Shown here: one piece after another, positions 41,336 to 49,586 of the stretch | Numbering within the stretch: the stretch's first letter is position 1 | How the letters are laid out: each line of letters begins with the position of its first letter | Assembly (NCBI GenBank): GCA_035700965.1 | Contig: DASSOC010000001.1 | Span: 2,155-66,154 of the forward strand | Direction of reading: 5' to 3' | DNA from: Solirubrobacterales bacterium | Lineage (GTDB): Bacteria > Actinomycetota > Thermoleophilia > Solirubrobacterales > 70-9 | DNA length: 64,000 nucleotides | Notes under the pieces: model-generated | Database searches by the model: none | What the model was told of the DNA's origin: nothing | Seen by the model: only the letters and a program-made list of their open reading frames with translations | Translations under genes and position numbers: made by a program

Positions 41336-43029
41336 TAGGCTGCGGCCTCCGTTGCCGAAGGTGCTTCGTAGACGGGAGGGCTGCTATCCGGTCGGCGCTG
41401 GATGACGCCGCGGGTCGCCATCGCCTCGCAGATCGTGCGGGCCGAGAAGGCGTCGCGGACCAGGCTGCAGTTGGCGGCGACCTCCCTGGCGGTGCGCCCG
41501 GAACCGAGGCTCGCGACTACCTGCCTCTCGACCTCGGTGATCGGCTGGGAGCGGTCGACGCCAGTCAGCTGCACCTTGTTGGCGCGGATTTCGATCTGGT
41601 GGTCGCCGAGAAGCTTCCGGCGACACGAGACCACGTCCTGGGCCTCTGCGCCGGGAACCAGCGCCAGCACCTTCTCGGTCAGCTGGTCCCGGCCCGTGGC
41701 CCGCTCTTCCAACACCTCCCGGATGGCGGTGACGATCCGCGCCCGCAGGGCGTTGTGGGCCGCGACGCCGTCCGTGTCGCGGCGGGCGTGCAGCTTCCGT
41801 ACAGGCGCCGCCGGCGCCCGCCGGTCTTCCGTCGGCGCTGGCTTAGGGCGCTCGGCGCTCCCCAGTGGGAAGTAGCGACGCGAGCGGGCGTTTCCGCGCA
41901 TCTCGACCCGGCCGGCGAGATGGGGGCGCAGTTCGCGGAACTGATTCGCGCTCAGGTGTAGCTCCCGGCGGAGGTCCTGCGCGCCAAGGCCGTCGGTCGG
42001 GTGCTCGGCGAGCAGCGCAACGATCCCATCGACCCGCTCAGCGACGGTGCCCGCGCGCTCGGCAGTCGGCTTCGGCTTTTCCGACTTCGGCCGAGCCTTC
42101 GGCTCCGCCGGCGCGATGCGCCCGGCCGAGGCAAGCATCGAGGCCTTCGCATGCAGATCGTCGAGGTCGGCGAGAACCAGCCTCCTGTCGTCGAGCTGCG
42201 CTTCGAGCGCGGCTATCTCCTCCTGGACCGAGGACCGCTCGGCCTCGATCGCGTCCGTGATGGACATGTGTGGACCTTCCTTTCGGGTGGGTGGGGGTTT
42301 GGGCGGGCTCGCGGGTGCGGCCGCCGGGAGCAGAGGGACTCGCCCGGATCGATGCCGACGCGGACGACGCTGGGAGGGTCGCCGCCCGTGGTTGTCCTTT
42401 TGTTCGGGCCTTGCGGCCTGGGCTTCAACTCTTTCGTCGGCGTCGACCCCGGCGAACCCGGTCAACTTGCGGCGGGCGCGCTGAGCTGCGTTGTCGACCC
42501 GCTTATTGGTGGCGCCGAGATCCGCTGCCACCTCCTCGTAGGAGCGGCCGCCGGCGAGCGCGATCAGGACGGTCCGCTCGAGGTCGGTGAGGTGGGCAGC
42601 CACCTGGTGCTGGAAGCGGGTGAGCTCCTCCCTGCTGACGAGGAGGTCGGCGGGATCGCTCGGCCGGTGGTCGGGGAGGACCTCCTCGAGCGTCGTCTCG
42701 GAATCGGCGCCGAGAGTCGCGTGGATCGAGGACGCCTCGTTGAGGGGCCCATGCTTGCGACGGGTCGCCGTCTTCACCGCGGTGATCACCTGGCGGTGGA
42801 TGGTCAGGCTGGCGAAGCTGCGGAACGACGACCCTGCGGTCGGCTTGAAATCGCGGACCGCCTTGTGGAGGCCGAGTAGCGCTTCGGCGTACAGGTCGCT
42901 GCGCTCGAGGCCCGGCGCGAAGTAGTCGGCGGTGTGGATCGCGAGCAGGTTCCGGTGGCGCTTGAGCAGCGTTGCGAAGGCGACTTCATCGCCCGCCTTG
43001 GCGCGTTGTGCGAGCGCCACGTCGTTCAC
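41335..43029 (-). CDS. Sigma-70-family (ECF-like) factor fused to a ~310-aa coiled-coil/winged-helix region
   Basis: Region 2: DLYAEALLGLHKAVRDFKP..GSSFRSFASLTIHRQV. Region 4: LTDLERTVLIALAGGRSYEEVAADLGATNKRVDNAAQRARRKL. A nested ATG at 42267 follows AGGAAGG. Confidence 0.65.
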   Translation of the reverse strand: MNDVALAQRAKAGDEVAFATLLKRHRNLLAIHTADYFAPGLERSDLYAEALLGLHKAVRDFKPTAGSSFRSFASLTIHRQVITAVKTATRRKHGPLNEASSIHATLGADSETTLEEVLPDHRPSDPADLLVSREELTRFQHQVAAHLTDLERTVLIALAGGRSYEEVAADLGATNKRVDNAAQRARRKLTGFAGVDADERVEAQAARPEQKDNHGRRPSQRRPRRHRSGRVPLLPAAAPASPPKPPPTRKEGPHMSITDAIEAERSSVQEEIAALEAQLDDRRLVLADLDDLHAKASMLASAGRIAPAEPKARPKSEKPKPTAERAGTVAERVDGIVALLAEHPTDGLGAQDLRRELHLSANQFRELRPHLAGRVEMRGNARSRRYFPLGSAERPKPAPTEDRRAPAAPVRKLHARRDTDGVAAHNALRARIVTAIREVLEERATGRDQLTEKVLALVPGAEAQDVVSCRRKLLGDHQIEIRANKVQLTGVDRSQPITEVERQVVASLGSGRTAREVAANCSLVRDAFSARTICEAMATRGVIQRRPDSSPPVYEAPSATEAAA

Positions 43030-43256
43030 CCCGCCGCGACCCCCACGTACACCATGACGTTGCCCCGGCGCTCGTTGCGCGCCAGCCCGGCGCCGACCAG
43101 CGCGGAGAGGCGGAGGTTGAGGGCGACCAGGTCCTCGCCGTAGTACTCGGCGGCTTCGCCGAGGGAGCAGCCGGTCTCGGAGTCCAGGAGGTGCTGGTGG
43201 AGCTCGCGGGCCTTGTCATCCTGGAGGACGGCTTTCTGGTCGAGGGTCAGGGTCAC
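43026..43256 (-). CDS. Hypothetical protein
   Basis: 76-aa ORF with 4-nt overlaps. Confidence 0.45.
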   Translation of the reverse strand: MTLTLDQKAVLQDDKARELHQHLLDSETGCSLGEAAEYYGEDLVALNLRLSALVGAGLARNERRGNVMVYVGVAAG

Positions 43257-43489
43257 TGGCGGGTCCTTTCGTCGAGTGTTGACGGGCGAGCCCCGCGGGA
43301 CGGGGAACCGCCTACGGAGGCGTTGGGAAATCCCGCGGGGTTGCTCTCGCCCGAGTCGGCGCTGAGCGACGAGGGAGTCTCCGGGCCCTCGAAGTCAGCG
43401 CCGGCTCCGGCGAGCGGCGGTTGTTGCTGTTTCGGTTGGAGCCCTGCAGCTGCGGTGAGGCCCTTGGTCGCGGTCGGCCGGCGGCTCAC
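43253..43489 (-). CDS. Hypothetical low-complexity protein
   Basis: 78-aa ORF with 4-nt overlaps. Confidence 0.35.
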   Translation of the reverse strand: MSRRPTATKGLTAAAGLQPKQQQPPLAGAGADFEGPETPSSLSADSGESNPAGFPNASVGGSPSRGARPSTLDERTRQ

Positions 43490-43704
43490 TGCGGCACCTC
43501 CCCGGCGGCGAGGCGTTCAAGCGCGCCTTTCTGGATTTTCAGCCCGTTGCTGCGGCGGCGCAGCTGGTCGAGGACCTTGCCGTCGACCTGGCCGTTGCCG
43601 ATGCCCTTGCCCCACAGCCCGTCGAGCTCTGCGATCGCCTTGGCGAGCGGCTTGAGGTCGCGCTCGAGGGCTTCCAGGAAGAGGGCGGTCGGGTTGTCGC
43701 TCAT
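43486..43704 (-). CDS. Hypothetical protein
   Basis: 72-aa ORF with 4-nt overlaps. Confidence 0.45.
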   Translation of the reverse strand: MSDNPTALFLEALERDLKPLAKAIAELDGLWGKGIGNGQVDGKVLDQLRRRSNGLKIQKGALERLAAGEVPQ

Positions 43705-44810
43705 GCCGCCCTCGCGACGATCGCGGAGAGGGCTGAGTCGCCGACGCCGTGGGCGGACTTCGCAGCGGCAGATCTGCCGAGTTCGATGTAGCGGTCGACG
43801 TTGCTTTCGCGGAGGATCGTCTTCGGGTGGTCGAGTCCCTTCTGCCGGAGGTACTCGTCGCTATGCGCGCCGATCGTCGCCAGCTCCAGTTCCGCAAGGG
43901 AGCGAGGTGGATCGTCCTGGCCGTTGTCCTTCCGGCGCGCTGCGAAGAGCTTGCGTGCCTCCTTGGACCCGGTGACGGCAACCCGCCCGGTGGTCTGCCG
44001 GTAGTGGGCGAGCCAGACGTCGAACTCGCTCATCGGCTCGGCTTGCTCGAGTTCGTGCTCGTCGAGGATCTCGACGGCGTCGTAGCCGGCGAGGGCCTCC
44101 AGGATGACGGGCTCGGCACGGAGACCCCAGTCGACGGCGCCGCGGTCGCTGCGGTCGACGAGGATTAGGCGCCCGCCGATCTCACCGGCGGCCGACAGCT
44201 CACGGACCTGATCGAACTTCGCCGGAGGGAGCTGGCGGCGGAGCAGTTCCTTGGCGGACTCCCACGCGTCGACCGACTCCTCGGTTGCGACTACGCGCGC
44301 GCCTTCTTGTTCTTCTTTACTTCTTCTTCCCTTATATAGGGACGTGCGAAGAGAGTTCGTACCTTTGGACGAAACGTCCGAAATGGCTTCTGACGAGGTC
44401 AGAACACCGTTCTGACGTCTGGTGACCTCACCGTCCGAACTCCGTTCGTACGTTGCGGGGGGGTCGAGCAGGGTGTAGAAGCTCGGTCGGCCGGGTCGAT
44501 TCTCGCCGTCGCGATCGCACTCGATCGAGAGGAGCCCGATCCTCTCCAGCTCCTCGCAGGCCTTCGCCACCGACTTGTCGGAGACCATCGCGCGGGAGGC
44601 GATTTCCTTCTGCGAGGTCCGGTAGGAATCGCTTCCCGCGCCGATGACCGCCCTCGCCTTCTGCTCGTTGGCGAGCTCGGCCAGGGCGCGGTAGACGCCG
44701 AGGCCGGTCGCGCCCGACGGAGACGTCGCCTGCCACTCCCAGCGGATGTGTTCGACCTCGTCGAAGGAGAGCCAATGGAACGGCGCCTTCCGGCTGTCGC
44801 GGACGCTCAC
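43701..44810 (-). CDS. Replication-initiator-like winged-helix protein
   Basis: GTG start. wHTH segment SQKEIASRAMVSDKSVAKACEELERIGLLSIE. An AT-richer iteron block lies inside the linker-coding part. Confidence 0.55.
   Translation of the reverse strand: MSVRDSRKAPFHWLSFDEVEHIRWEWQATSPSGATGLGVYRALAELANEQKARAVIGAGSDSYRTSQKEIASRAMVSDKSVAKACEELERIGLLSIECDRDGENRPGRPSFYTLLDPPATYERSSDGEVTRRQNGVLTSSEAISDVSSKGTNSLRTSLYKGRRSKEEQEGARVVATEESVDAWESAKELLRRQLPPAKFDQVRELSAAGEIGGRLILVDRSDRGAVDWGLRAEPVILEALAGYDAVEILDEHELEQAEPMSEFDVWLAHYRQTTGRVAVTGSKEARKLFAARRKDNGQDDPPRSLAELELATIGAHSDEYLRQKGLDHPKTILRESNVDRYIELGRSAAAKSAHGVGDSALSAIVARAA
44355..44451. promoter_or_regulatory. Candidate phage replication origin (iteron block inside the initiator gene)
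   Basis: Three 8-mers each occur twice: GTTCGTAC (44355, 44444), CGTCCGAA (44375, 44432), TTCTGACG (44388, 44410). Also the inverted repeat GTCAGAAC-acc-GTTCTGAC. Confidence 0.4.
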
Positions 44811-44950
44811 GCTGCGTCACTCCAGATCCGGGGCGCTGCGTCACGAATACGTCCCGCATTCCTGCGCACCACTCCGCACAGGCGCACAGGCGCACTTGCA
44901 CGATTCCGGCGTGCGGGGCTTTGCGGAGCCGTGCGCGAAAGGCTTGCTGA

Positions 44951-44962
44951 TGGGCGGTACTG
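44951..44962. repeat. attR core
   Basis: TGGGCGGTACTG is the reverse complement of the last 12 nt of tRNA-Val including the discriminator. Confidence 0.7.
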
Positions 44963-45023
44963 GGCTCGAACCAGTGACCTTTCGGGTGTAAACCGAATGC
45001 TCTCCCAACTGAGCTAACCGCCC
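44951..45023 (-). tRNA. tRNA-Val (anticodon TAC)
   Basis: Hand-folded 73-nt cloverleaf. Acceptor GGGCGGT/ACCGCCC, anticodon stem TTCGG/CCGAA, loop TTTACAC, T-arm ACTGG-TTCGAGC-CCAGT. Confidence 0.9.
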
Positions 45024-45056
45024 CCGGACAGCAATTATTGCTCGCCGCCGCAGCGA

Positions 45057-45449
45057 TTGAACCCGCGGCCGGCGAGGTTCGTATCTCCGGCCATGACGAC
45101 TGCGAGAGCCTGGCGGGGAAGCTGGGGAGCGGCGGCGCTGATCGCGGTCGCGCTGCTGGGCTTTGCCGCGCTGCGCGGGGACAGCGCCTCCGGCGCGACG
45201 GCGAGCGGCGCCAAGGGAGTCGACATCAGCCACTTCGCCTTCCACCCGCCGACGCTGCGGATCAAGAAGGGCGGCAGGGTCGCCTTCACCAACTCGAGCA
45301 GGGTCACCCATACGGCGAGCGGCGGCGGCTTCGACACGAAGCGGATCCGGCCGGGGACGACGAAGGTCGTCCGGTTCGGCCGGAAGGGCACCTTCGCCTA
45401 CCACTGCCGGATCCACCCCTTCATGAAAGGGAAGATCGTCGTCGAATAG
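45057..45449 (+). CDS. Cupredoxin-like copper-binding protein
   Basis: C-terminal YHCRIHPFMKG (Cys-His-Met ligands) plus the upstream H of THTASGGG. Signal-like N-terminus; an alternative ATG is near 45093. Confidence 0.7.
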   Translation: MNPRPARFVSPAMTTARAWRGSWGAAALIAVALLGFAALRGDSASGATASGAKGVDISHFAFHPPTLRIKKGGRVAFTNSSRVTHTASGGGFDTKRIRPGTTKVVRFGRKGTFAYHCRIHPFMKGKIVVE

Positions 45450-45457
45450 CCGCGGCC

Positions 45458-46228
45458 CTACGCGGCGAGCTTGACGCCGACCCTGGCGCCGGCGGGGAGC
45501 ACCGCCCCGTGGCGGCGGTACTGCTTGACGACCCTGGCTCCGCGGCGATGCCCGCCCCGGACGGGGCCGAGGCGGCAGTCGGCGCGTTCGAGGGCGCGCC
45601 GGGCGGCCTTCAGCGTTCGTCCCTGCAGGGCGGGCACGTCGCAGCGGGGCGGGGGTTCTTCGGCAGGCGCCGGGGTCGGCGCCATCGCCTTCAGTTCGGC
45701 TTCGTCGGGCGGTCCTTTGACTTCATCGACCTGCAATCCGCCTTCCCAGCCGGGGCCGGACACCACCGGGTAATCGAAGGGGGTCCCGCCCGTGCTGGGA
45801 TTCCCCGCCCGATGGTGGACGGTCAGCGTGATGATGTTCGGCTGGGCGACGAGCAGGGTGGTCGGGACCGCGGTGCCGATGGCATCGTGGGCAGGCTCCA
45901 CTTCGATGCCGAAGGCGCGGTGACCGTCCAGGTATGAGACCTCGGCGTGCTGGTCGTCGATCTGCCTCAGTTCCTGGCCTTCGGAGAGATCGACTTCGAA
46001 GCAGTAGTCCTCAGGGTCCTCAGGGCCGTGGATCGAGCCGAAGCTCATCGTTCCGTCATAGGGTGGACAAACTTCTGCGGCCGCATTGCTCGGAGCCGCG
46101 CACGCGAACAGCGCCGCGAAGGCGGCCACCGCCAACCCCCGTCTCACTCGGCCACCGCCAGCTCCGCCCCGATCGGTCGCTCGGCGATCTGCAGTATCCG
46201 CCCCCCGGCCATCGGCCAATTGTCGCAT
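45458..46228 (-). CDS. Secreted protein with C-terminal PASTA-like domain
   Basis: This is the C-terminal part of the long ORF 45458..47860. Signal-like GLAVAAFAALFACAAPSNAAA, then CDVPALQGRTLKAARRALERADCRLG. Start uncertain (46228, 46240 or GTG 46147). Confidence 0.5.
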   Translation of the reverse strand: MRQLADGRGADTADRRATDRGGAGGGRVRRGLAVAAFAALFACAAPSNAAAEVCPPYDGTMSFGSIHGPEDPEDYCFEVDLSEGQELRQIDDQHAEVSYLDGHRAFGIEVEPAHDAIGTAVPTTLLVAQPNIITLTVHHRAGNPSTGGTPFDYPVVSGPGWEGGLQVDEVKGPPDEAELKAMAPTPAPAEEPPPRCDVPALQGRTLKAARRALERADCRLGPVRGGHRRGARVVKQYRRHGAVLPAGARVGVKLAA

Positions 46229-46282
46229 CCCCACTCGCATCGTCACCGCAGGAAATAGATCGTTCCACGATACTTTGTCTCT

Positions 46283-47941
46283 ATGAGCTCGCGGCCGCAA
46301 GACGAACTCCACCACCTCGGCGACTTCAACGTCGCCAGCCGTGTCCTCCTCATCGCCGCCCTGGCGCTGCCGATCGGGGCGGTCGGCGCCGGCCTGGCCT
46401 GGGTCCTGCTGCGCCTGATCGGCCTGATCACCAACGTCGTCTTCTACGGTCGTTTCGAGACCGCGCTGGTGGCGCCCGGCGCCGGCCACCACTCGCCGCT
46501 GCTGCTCCTGCTGGCGCCCGTCGCCGGCGGGCTCGTGATCGGGCTGGTGGCCCGCTACGGCTCCGAGAAAGTCCGCGGCCACGGCATTCCCGAGGCGCTC
46601 GAGTCGATCCTCACCTCGGGCAGCCGGGTGCAGCCCCGGGTCGCGATCCTGAAGCCGCTGAGCTCGGCGATCGCAATCGGCACCGGCGGTCCCTTCGGGG
46701 CGGAGGGGCCGATCATCATGACCGGCGGGGCCTTCGGCTCGATCTTCGCGCAGCTGCTGCACCTCACCGCCGACGAGCGCAAGACGCTGCTCGTCTGCGG
46801 CGCCGCCGCCGGCATGGCGGCCACCTTCAACGCGCCCCTGGCCTCCGTCCTGCTCGCGGTCGAGCTGCTGCTGTTCGAGTGGAGGCCGCGCAGCTTCATC
46901 CCGGTCGTCGCCGCGGTCGCGGTGGCCACCGTGCTGCGCGTGCCGCTGCTCGGCGGCGGGGCGATCTTCCCGGCGCCGGCGGGCCAGCTGCACCTCGACG
47001 CCGCTGCCTACGCGCTCTGCATCCTCGCCGGCGCCCTGGCCGGGGCGCTCGCGCTGCTGGCCACCTCCCTGGTCTACCTCTCCGAGGACGCCTTCGGCCG
47101 CCTGCCGATCCACTGGATGTGGTGGCCCGCGATCGGGGGCTTGGTCGTCGGCCTCGGCGGCCTGGTCGTGCCGCAGGCGCTGGGGGTCGGCTACGACGTG
47201 ATCGGGAGCGAGCTCAACGGCAGCATCGCCCTCGAACTCATCGTCGGCATCCTGATCGTCAAGACCCTGATCTGGTCGCTCTCGCTCGGCTCGGGCACCT
47301 CCGGCGGTGTGCTGGCGCCGATGCTGATGATCGGCGGGGCGCTGGGCGGCCTCGAGGCAACCGTCTTCCCGCAGGTCGCGGCGGGCTTCTGGCCGCTCGT
47401 CGGCATCGCCGGAGTGCTCGGCGGCCTGATGCGCTCCCCGCTGACCGGTGTCCTCTTCGCGATCGAGCTCACCCACCGCTACGAAGCCCTGCTGCCGCTG
47501 CTCATGGGCGCCACCTCGGCCTACGCGATCTCCGTCCTGTTCCTGCGGCGCTCGGTCCTGACCGAGAAGATCGCCCGCCGGGGCATCCACATCAACCGCG
47601 AATACAGCGTCGATCCGCTCGAGGTGCTGTTTGTCGGCGACGTGATGAGCGATGGCGGCCTGGTCGCGGCGGCGGCCCCGGCGGAGGGACCGCCGGTCTA
47701 CGCAGACGACACGCTGCGGCACGTCGCCTACGTGATGGCGGAGTCGGGCCGCACGGTCCTCCCCGTCGTCGAGCGAAGCGACGGGGCCCGGCCCGTCGGC
47801 TCGATCGGGCTCGAGCAGCTGCTGGCGGGACGGTTGCGCGACCTCAAGGAGGAGCGGCACCGGTCCCGGCCGCTGCGGCCCCTGGAGCTGCTCCGCCTGC
47901 GGGGCGGGGCGGCGCCCGAGGCGGAGGCGGTGAGCCGGTGA
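46283..47941 (+). CDS. ClC-family chloride channel/transporter with C-terminal CBS-like region
   Basis: GSEKVRGHGIPE, GAEGPII, GTSGGVLAPMLMIG; multi-TM. Confidence 0.85.
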   Translation: MSSRPQDELHHLGDFNVASRVLLIAALALPIGAVGAGLAWVLLRLIGLITNVVFYGRFETALVAPGAGHHSPLLLLLAPVAGGLVIGLVARYGSEKVRGHGIPEALESILTSGSRVQPRVAILKPLSSAIAIGTGGPFGAEGPIIMTGGAFGSIFAQLLHLTADERKTLLVCGAAAGMAATFNAPLASVLLAVELLLFEWRPRSFIPVVAAVAVATVLRVPLLGGGAIFPAPAGQLHLDAAAYALCILAGALAGALALLATSLVYLSEDAFGRLPIHWMWWPAIGGLVVGLGGLVVPQALGVGYDVIGSELNGSIALELIVGILIVKTLIWSLSLGSGTSGGVLAPMLMIGGALGGLEATVFPQVAAGFWPLVGIAGVLGGLMRSPLTGVLFAIELTHRYEALLPLLMGATSAYAISVLFLRRSVLTEKIARRGIHINREYSVDPLEVLFVGDVMSDGGLVAAAAPAEGPPVYADDTLRHVAYVMAESGRTVLPVVERSDGARPVGSIGLEQLLAGRLRDLKEERHRSRPLRPLELLRLRGGAAPEAEAVSR

Positions 47942-48336
47942 GCAGCGTCAGCGACGAGGACTACCGCCGGCTGCTGGGGTTCCGCACCGGCCTGCGCCGC
48001 TTCCTGCGCTGGAGCGAGGACGAGGCGAGCGCGGCCGAGCTGACCCCGGCGCAGCACCAGCTCCTGCTCGCGGTCCGGGGGCACCCGGCTCCCGCCGGGC
48101 CCACGGTCGGCGAGGTCGCCGAGTACCTGGTCCTGCGCCACCACAGCGTGGTCGAGCTGATCGACCGCGCCGAGAAGGGGGGCCTGGTCGAGCGCGTGGG
48201 CGACGAGGAGGACCACCGGGTCGTGCACCTGCGGCTGACGGCGGAGGGGGAGGACCGGATCGAGCAGCTCTCGCGCCTGCACCTCGAGGAGATCAGCCGC
48301 CTGGCGCCGCTGCTCGCCCTGCTCGAAGACCCCTGA
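47938..48336 (+). CDS. MarR-family transcriptional regulator
   Basis: GTGA overlap with the ClC stop. LTPAQHQLLLAVRGHP...TVGEVAEYLVLRHHSVVELIDRAEKGGLVER. Confidence 0.7.
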   Translation: MSSVSDEDYRRLLGFRTGLRRFLRWSEDEASAAELTPAQHQLLLAVRGHPAPAGPTVGEVAEYLVLRHHSVVELIDRAEKGGLVERVGDEEDHRVVHLRLTAEGEDRIEQLSRLHLEEISRLAPLLALLEDP

Positions 48337-48513
48337 CGGACCACCCGCTCCCGCCCCAGGCGACGATTGGCGAGTTGACCCGCCTATAGCCAGGTCAACT
48401 CGCCAATCGCGCATCGGGTGGCTGATTCCACGACCAGGCACGCTCGACGTGGGATCGACCTTCTAGCCGGCGGAAAATCAAGTCCCGCTCCCCCTCGGCG
48501 AGGATCCACGTCG

Positions 48514-49542
48514 TCAACCGGCGAGCTCGGCCACCAGCGCCGCGGCCGGCTTGACCTCGCCGATGCGGGCGACGGTCTCGCCGGCGTAAAGGGCGCCTGC
48601 GTCGACGAGGGTCGCGGGGCCGTCATCGGTCGGCCCGGCCGGCGAGAGCAGCCGGCTGCCGGGCCGCTGCGCCCGGATCAGCCGCGCCTGCAGGGACGGC
48701 GGCGCGTAGCGCACCCCCGGCGCGAGCAGGCGGTTGAGCGCCCGGTTGAGCCGCGGCCCATGTGACACTTCCGCGCGCTTTTCCTCCCGGCGTTCGTCCT
48801 TTGCCGGGCGTATGCCGGTAAAAGGACGAACGCCGCCGGCGATCCAGTGCTCCGTCGCCGCATTCGGCACCACGCGGTGCGGGGCGGGCCAGCCGGCGCC
48901 GAAGAGGTCGGTGAGGATCGTCTCGCGGGACTCGAGCAGGCGCTGCTTGTAAGCGGGGTGGGCGCGGCTCTCCTCGGAGAGGAGGAAGCGAGTGCCGGCG
49001 ACGGCGGCGTCCGCCCCGGCCTCCAGCGCCCCATGCACGTCGCCCGGCCCTGCGATCCCGCCAGCCAACAGCAGCGGGTAGTCCCGGGGCATCGCCGCCC
49101 GCACCTCCTCCAGCAGCTGCAGCGCCGGCGCCGTCCCGCGCACGTGGCCGCCGGCCTCGACGCCCTGGACGATGACGCCGTCGGCCCCGGCCGCCTGCGC
49201 CCGCCGCGCCTCCTCGACCGAGCCGCACTGGTGCAGCCAGACGCCGCCGGTCCGGCGCCGCGGCTCGCCTCCGAAGGTGACGACGGCGTCGGCCGCCGCT
49301 GCCGCCTCGAACCAGTCGCGGCGGGCGAAGGGCAGCAGCACGTTGACGGCGACGGGGCCCCCGGTGAGAGCCCGCGCCGCCGCCAGCTCCTGCCGAATCG
49401 CCCCGGCGCCGTTGACCGCGATCGTCCCCAGTCCCCCCGCCTCGGCGACCGCCGCCGCCAGCTCGTGCCTGCTCAGCCCGCCGCCCATCCCAGCCTGGAC
49501 GACGGGCAGCTGTACTCCGAGGCGCTCGAGCAGCGTCGGCAC
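48514..49542 (-). CDS. Nitronate monooxygenase / FMN-dependent enoyl reductase-like protein
   Basis: VQAGMGGG..., VNVLLPF, IVQGVEAGGHVRG, AAVAGTRFL. Confidence 0.8.
   Translation of the reverse strand: MPTLLERLGVQLPVVQAGMGGGLSRHELAAAVAEAGGLGTIAVNGAGAIRQELAAARALTGGPVAVNVLLPFARRDWFEAAAAADAVVTFGGEPRRRTGGVWLHQCGSVEEARRAQAAGADGVIVQGVEAGGHVRGTAPALQLLEEVRAAMPRDYPLLLAGGIAGPGDVHGALEAGADAAVAGTRFLLSEESRAHPAYKQRLLESRETILTDLFGAGWPAPHRVVPNAATEHWIAGGVRPFTGIRPAKDERREEKRAEVSHGPRLNRALNRLLAPGVRYAPPSLQARLIRAQRPGSRLLSPAGPTDDGPATLVDAGALYAGETVARIGEVKPAAALVAELAG
48789..48834. repeat. Palindromic element copy B, located inside the CDS
   Basis: ggcgttcgtcctttgccgg-gcgtat-gccggtaaaaggacgaacgcc (imperfect). It encodes ...PFTGIRPAKDERREE... 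in frame. Confidence 0.6.
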
Positions 49543-49586
49543 GCGGCCAGTTTAGGAGGGAGCGGGGCTCCCTCCTGTTCCCGGGC

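Larger units (their letters stand above)
4378..44962. mobile_element. Integrated siphovirus-type prophage (~40.6 kb) in the 3' end of tRNA-Val
   Basis: 12-bp direct repeat TGGGCGGTACTG at both ends. Integrase is adjacent to the left copy. Complete replication, lysogeny, lysis, tail, head and packaging modules lie between. Confidence 0.85.

Noticed and set aside
45934-48336. 800-aa plus-strand ORF, and the 800-aa minus-strand ORF 45458..47860, spanning the ClC channel locus.
   Set aside because: Only the last 132 aa of the plus ORF (MarR, 47938..48336) and the last ~256 aa of the minus ORF (the PASTA-like protein) look like real protein. The remainder is Arg/Pro-rich shadow of the ClC gene frame.
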